Below are positions 60,127-64,000 of a stretch of DNA of 64,000 nucleotides, piece by piece. The notes beneath the pieces were generated by a model that ran no database searches, was not told the origin of the DNA, and worked only from the letters and a program-made list of their open reading frames with translations. How positions within the stretch are numbered: position 1 is the first letter of the stretch; the number at the start of each line of letters is the position of its first letter. The stretch covers positions 288,001-352,000 of the forward strand of contig CAVSHB010000003.1 in assembly GCA_963727775.1 (NCBI GenBank), given 5' to 3'. This DNA is from an uncultured Nitrospiraceae bacterium. GTDB taxonomy: Bacteria; Nitrospirota; Thermodesulfovibrionia; Thermodesulfovibrionales; SM23-35. The position numbers were made by a program, and so were the translations under genes.

Positions 60127-60399
60127 TTATTTTACTGCGTCCTTTAAAGCCTTCCCCGCTGTAAATTTAGGTGCTTTCCGAGCAGCAATCTTAATTATTG
60201 CACCTGTTTGAGGATTACGCCCCTTCCGTGCCTTCCTCTTTGAAACCGAGAAAGTCCCGAAGCCCACAAGGGCTACCTTGTTCCCTTTCTTCAGCGTCTT
60301 GGCAACTGCATCAATAAATGATTTAAGAGCCTTTTCCGCTACTGCCTTTGACGCCCCTGAGTCGTTAGCCATTTTTTCTACAAGTTCTGCTTTTGTCAT
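60127..60399 (-). CDS. hup: DNA-binding protein HU
   Basis: MTKAEL...GFGTF...RKGRNPQTG...PKF.AGKALK. Confidence 0.97.
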   Translation of the reverse strand: MTKAELVEKMANDSGASKAVAEKALKSFIDAVAKTLKKGNKVALVGFGTFSVSKRKARKGRNPQTGAIIKIAARKAPKFTAGKALKDAVK

Positions 60400-60633
60400 A
60401 GAGACCCTCCGTTAATATTTATTGTTAGAAAGTATACCATGCCTGCGTTGAAAAATAGCTATCAGAAACCGGTACAGCCTGCGGGCAATATTCCTTGCCG
60501 GTGCGGCAAATTGACTGAGGGCTCTGATCTGCCCTCATTAAAAACCACAAGAAATTAACAAGTTGCAAAAATGGTATCTATTTTGCGAGGATGGGGTAAA
60601 ATAGAAAAAATCCAATATTAAAAGGAGGTATTT

Positions 60634-61731
60634 ATGATGAGTACATTTCAGAGTAATTGGTACAGGAACTTATGTGCTCTTACATTAGCTTTAACAATGG
60701 TTTTGTTATCGGGCTTATCGGTTTATGCCGCCGGCAACTCCTACCACCAAGATAATCTGGTATCTGATAAAACTGGAGTGGCAGATCATATCGATTTAAG
60801 TCTCGTCAACGCCTGGGGAATTGCCTTTCATCCTAACGGGGTTGCGTGGGTTGCCGACAATGGCACGGGCAAGGCAACAGCCTATGATGGCTTGGGAAAC
60901 AAGGTGACCGAAATAACTGTCCCGCCGCCGGCCGGGAGTCCTCAGGGAACAACGTCAGCACCCACCGGCATAGTCTTCAGTTTTTCAGACTTCGCGGTAA
61001 CCAAGAATAATATTTCCGGTTTGAGCACCTTCATTATTGCGACGGAGGACGGAACTATATCGGGGTGGAATCAAGCCGTCGATGCTGCTAACGCTATACT
61101 CGCGGTAGACAATTCTTCGACAGGCGCGGTTTATAAGGGGATTGCCATAGCTGCCAACGGAACAGACCGCTTTCTCTATGCTACCGATTTCCACAACAAC
61201 AAGATTGATGTTTTTGATAAAGACTTTAAATCAGCTACACTGCCATGTTCATTCAGCGATCCGAAAATACCGGCCGGCTTTGCGCCCTTCGGTATCCACA
61301 ATGTCAGAGGCAACCTGTATGTTACTTATGCTAAACAAAATGCAGTAAAACATGATGACGTTGCGGGCAGAGGCCTAGGGTTCGTCGATGTTTATAATGC
61401 AAACGGCTGCCTCATCCAGCGCGTTATTAGGCGTGGGCAGCTCAATGCACCATGGGGGGTTGCAGTGGCTCCCGCAGATTTCGGCAAATTCAGCAATACG
61501 TTGCTGATCGGTAACTTTGGGGATGGCGGTATCAATGCATTTGACATCGGATCGGGTAATTTCCGGGGTACGCTGAGGAGGCCGAGCAACGGGCAACCTC
61601 TTGTGATAGACGGACTATGGGGAATAGCCTTCGGCAACGGTGTCAACAATCAACCGATTAACTCACTGTTTTTTACGGCTGGCCCCAATGGCGAAAGCGA
61701 TGGGCTCTTTGGAACGGTAGAGGCTGAATAA
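60634..61731 (+). CDS. TIGR03118-family secreted protein
   Basis: NLVSD, LVNAWG, PTGIV, YKG.A, PFGI, LNAPWG, GNFGDG, GLWG, FTAGP. Confidence 0.88.
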   Translation: MMSTFQSNWYRNLCALTLALTMVLLSGLSVYAAGNSYHQDNLVSDKTGVADHIDLSLVNAWGIAFHPNGVAWVADNGTGKATAYDGLGNKVTEITVPPPAGSPQGTTSAPTGIVFSFSDFAVTKNNISGLSTFIIATEDGTISGWNQAVDAANAILAVDNSSTGAVYKGIAIAANGTDRFLYATDFHNNKIDVFDKDFKSATLPCSFSDPKIPAGFAPFGIHNVRGNLYVTYAKQNAVKHDDVAGRGLGFVDVYNANGCLIQRVIRRGQLNAPWGVAVAPADFGKFSNTLLIGNFGDGGINAFDIGSGNFRGTLRRPSNGQPLVIDGLWGIAFGNGVNNQPINSLFFTAGPNGESDGLFGTVEAE

Positions 61732-61737
61732 TAGGCC

Positions 61738-61777
61738 AAAAGGGCAGTGTCGAAAAACCACTGCCCTTTTCTTTTTT
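61738..61777. terminator. Rho-independent terminator between convergent genes
   Basis: AAAAGGGCAGTG / CACTGCCCTTTT followed by a T-tract. Confidence 0.85.
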
Positions 61778-61826
61778 CCACCGTTCTGTCGAGCACTTGT
61801 GCAACAAATAATCTGAATTAGAGGCT

Positions 61827-62987
61827 TTACGGAAAAGTTGTTTTGACTCTCCTCCCTCTCATTTTTTTCTTTAATTTTGCAATTGCCAATTCAACCGCGA
61901 CTTTCCGTGGATTACAATTGCATTTCAGACTATCTTTCAAAATCATTCTCACATTGTGCGTAATTTTTCTTCTCACGAGATCAAACATCATTTGAGGGTT
62001 GTAACCTATGTATTCCGCGTAAGAAGAGAGTACGCCGCCGGCATTTACCACGATATCAGGCACAACGAGGATTCCTCTCCTAAAAAGTTCTTCTTCTATT
62101 TCTTCCCGCATCGGTATATTCGCTCCTTCAACAATGATCCCGGCCTTTATTGAGTTTTTATTCCCATCATTTATAACGTCCGTTACTGAAGCGGGTATCA
62201 GGATATCAACGGGCAAACCAAAAATGTCATCATGCTTCAATTTTTCCCCACCGGAATAGGAAGTTACAAACTTGCCTTCTTCCCTTAATACGGTCAGCTT
62301 TCCCTCGTCTAATCCTTTTTCGTGATAAACTGTGCCTTTGATATCGGACACGGCAACGATGTGAGCGCCGAGTTGTCTCAGATATTTAAAAACAAAGCTT
62401 CCCACGTTGCCGAATCCTTCTATCGCCACTTTTGCTTTTTTGATATCCACTCCCGATATCTCGGCTGCAGCTTTTACCGCATGGGCAACACCGAGACCCG
62501 TGCTTCCGAACTCATGAGGTATGCCGCACTTCTTCTCTGAACGCCTGAAGCTTTTCATACACAGATCAGCCGGCTTACCCGTCGCGCTCTGCCAATTTCC
62601 CGCAGCTTCTGCAAACCATTTCATCTCTTTCTCTCCGGTGTTGACATCAGGGCCTGCAACATATTTTAGAGGAGTAAACATCTTGATCGCCCTCGCAAAA
62701 CTCTGGATCAATTCCTTCTTATCTTTTCCGCTCCCGGGATCGTACCTTATGCCTGATTTTGCCCCGCCAAAGGGAATGTCCACCAGGACATTCTTCCACG
62801 TCATTGCCCTTGCAAGGCGGAAAACTTCCTCTTCCGTAATATCCGGTGTCATTCTGATTCCACCTTTGCCGGGGCCTGATACAGTATTATCGATAATCAG
62901 AATTCCCTCCATCCCGACTATAGAATCATAGACCCTCAGCACATATTCCGGGCCCCAATTATCGGCCATCAAGAAATTATGAATCAT
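61827..62987 (-). CDS. Glu/Leu/Phe/Val dehydrogenase (glutamate dehydrogenase-like)
   Basis: KGGIR, MTWK, PFGGAKSG, GPDVNT, GFGNVG, EGAN, NAGGV. Confidence 0.93.
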   Translation of the reverse strand: MIHNFLMADNWGPEYVLRVYDSIVGMEGILIIDNTVSGPGKGGIRMTPDITEEEVFRLARAMTWKNVLVDIPFGGAKSGIRYDPGSGKDKKELIQSFARAIKMFTPLKYVAGPDVNTGEKEMKWFAEAAGNWQSATGKPADLCMKSFRRSEKKCGIPHEFGSTGLGVAHAVKAAAEISGVDIKKAKVAIEGFGNVGSFVFKYLRQLGAHIVAVSDIKGTVYHEKGLDEGKLTVLREEGKFVTSYSGGEKLKHDDIFGLPVDILIPASVTDVINDGNKNSIKAGIIVEGANIPMREEIEEELFRRGILVVPDIVVNAGGVLSSYAEYIGYNPQMMFDLVRRKITHNVRMILKDSLKCNCNPRKVAVELAIAKLKKKMRGRRVKTTFP

Positions 62988-63703
62988 GAGATGCCCCTTT
63001 GTTTTATTAACTGCATCTTTGCATCGAGTATCATTGCACCCCGAGGATAGAGCGCCACCGGATTCAGATCTATCTCGGCTATCAGGCCGCTGGCCATCAA
63101 TTCTGAAACCAGAACGATAATTCGCAATAGGACATCAAGATCCAGCGCCGGCCTGCCCCTGTAACCCTCAAAAAGCTTAAACGCCTTGAAACGTCTTACG
63201 AAACTCAGGGCTTCTTCCTTCGTTAAAGGGGCGAGCGCAAAAAGAACGTCCCTAAAGAATTCGACGAAAAGGCCGCCCAGCCCCAGCATCACAACAGGTC
63301 CGAATTGCTCATCAAGCATACCCCCAACGATCAGTTCAAGTCCCGAAGGGGCCATCTCCTCTATGTAAACTCCCTCTGCGTTCTCAAACCGGAGCAGTTC
63401 AATAATTGCATCCTTGAGTTCATGCTTGCTACGGAGGCCGACCTTCACTCCTCCTATGTCACTTTTTGATACTATTTTTGCTGAGGATACCTTAGCGACA
63501 AGCGGGTAAATAATATCCGGCAGATCAGGCATTCCTGCCGCCTGGTCCCTCGGCACAATTATTCCTTTGGGAATAGGAAGGCCAAGTTCTTTCAGCAAAG
63601 CTTTCACCTTGTATTCGACGAGGAATTCTTCCCCCTTATTCTTTCCAAGGAATTCTTTAAGTGCTTCAAAGGCGGCACCTTTCTCTATCACGCCGGGCAT
63701 CAT
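62984..63703 (-). CDS. ADP-forming acyl-CoA synthetase beta subunit (ATP-grasp)
   Basis: YPLVAK, KSDIGGV, ELIVG..DEQFGPVVMLGLGG, EIDLNP. Confidence 0.9.
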   Translation of the reverse strand: MMPGVIEKGAAFEALKEFLGKNKGEEFLVEYKVKALLKELGLPIPKGIIVPRDQAAGMPDLPDIIYPLVAKVSSAKIVSKSDIGGVKVGLRSKHELKDAIIELLRFENAEGVYIEEMAPSGLELIVGGMLDEQFGPVVMLGLGGLFVEFFRDVLFALAPLTKEEALSFVRRFKAFKLFEGYRGRPALDLDVLLRIIVLVSELMASGLIAEIDLNPVALYPRGAMILDAKMQLIKQRGIS

Positions 63704-63753
63704 AACCCCACCCTTCCTCCCCTTATCTTAAGGGGAGGGGAGGAGGGGTTATG
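63701..63753. repeat. REP-like palindrome
   Basis: CATAACCCC...CTCCCCTT-ATCTT-AAGGGGAG...GGGGTTATG. Confidence 0.7.
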
Positions 63754-63823
63754 TCTTCCGTCACGCGCACCAGAATTAAACCCTGTCGATTTACATGATT
63801 TGTCAACATGTTTGCCTCCTTCC

Positions 63824-64000
63824 TCACACGACATTTGGATTGAGCAACCTTCTTAATCCCCTCGCCGCACACTCCGGCGAAGAGAAAGCAGGTATTTTTG
63901 CCTTCTCAACAATGCCGATCAGTTTCCCTGATTCGCTGCTGCACGACGTATGAAATACCATCGGCTTGTCGGTCTTCTCTTTGAAACTCCTCAGGAGTTT
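63824..64000 (-). CDS. C-terminal end of a probable ADP-forming acyl-CoA synthetase alpha subunit (partial)
   Basis: ...KEKTDKPMVF...KAKIPAFSSPECAARGL..*; open to the window edge. Confidence 0.7.
   Translation of the reverse strand, partial: KLLRSFKEKTDKPMVFHTSCSSESGKLIGIVEKAKIPAFSSPECAARGLRRLLNPNVV

Noticed and set aside
60420..60560. Riboswitch between hup and the TIGR03118 gene
   Set aside because: Only short hairpins; no recognisable aptamer consensus
1..64000. Selenoprotein genes (in-frame TGA with SECIS), given tRNA-Sec
   Set aside because: No convincing TGA-interrupted conserved frame was seen by eye; not exhaustively tested
1..64000. CRISPR array or integron cassette array
   Set aside because: No regularly spaced repeats with unique spacers; 51592-52455 lacks an evident IntI-specific insertion and is paired with an IS91 transposase

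Overview
This 64 kb bacterial window has gene content resembling an anaerobic Nitrospirota or Deltaproteobacteria-like organism (inference). It has four parts. (1) 1-6.5 kb: the right end of a small integrative element (Rep_trans-like rep, excisionase, tyrosine integrase) whose integrase runs into the 5' end of tRNA-Sec. An islet follows with an AbrB/VapC toxin-antitoxin pair and a decayed tcmP-like/DUF5131 gene pair broken by an IS1380. (2) 6.7-33.7 kb: core genes (PiT/DUF47, aroKB, mnmA, bioW, zapA, slt, tRNA-Cys, tRNA-Gly, trpEGD, gnnAB-like, lpxB, waaA, lpxK). (3) 33.7-57.4 kb: an accessory region with a 19-aa Lys/Ala micropeptide, DegQ, a P-type ATPase, a sigma54 Zra-like two-component module, two more IS1380 insertions (one inside an IS200 tnpA), an integrase+IS91 element and a complete RIT element. 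(4) 57.6-64 kb: acyltransferase, HU, a TIGR03118 protein, glutamate dehydrogenase and ADP-forming acyl-CoA synthetase subunits. The most notable observations are the apparently chimeric tRNA-Sec, the stacked RIT/IS91 array joined at shared CATAAY/RTTATG ends, the unannotated micropeptide, and a conserved 11-bp-period box ahead of a candidate sRNA. All family assignments are from motif recognition by eye; no database searches were run.
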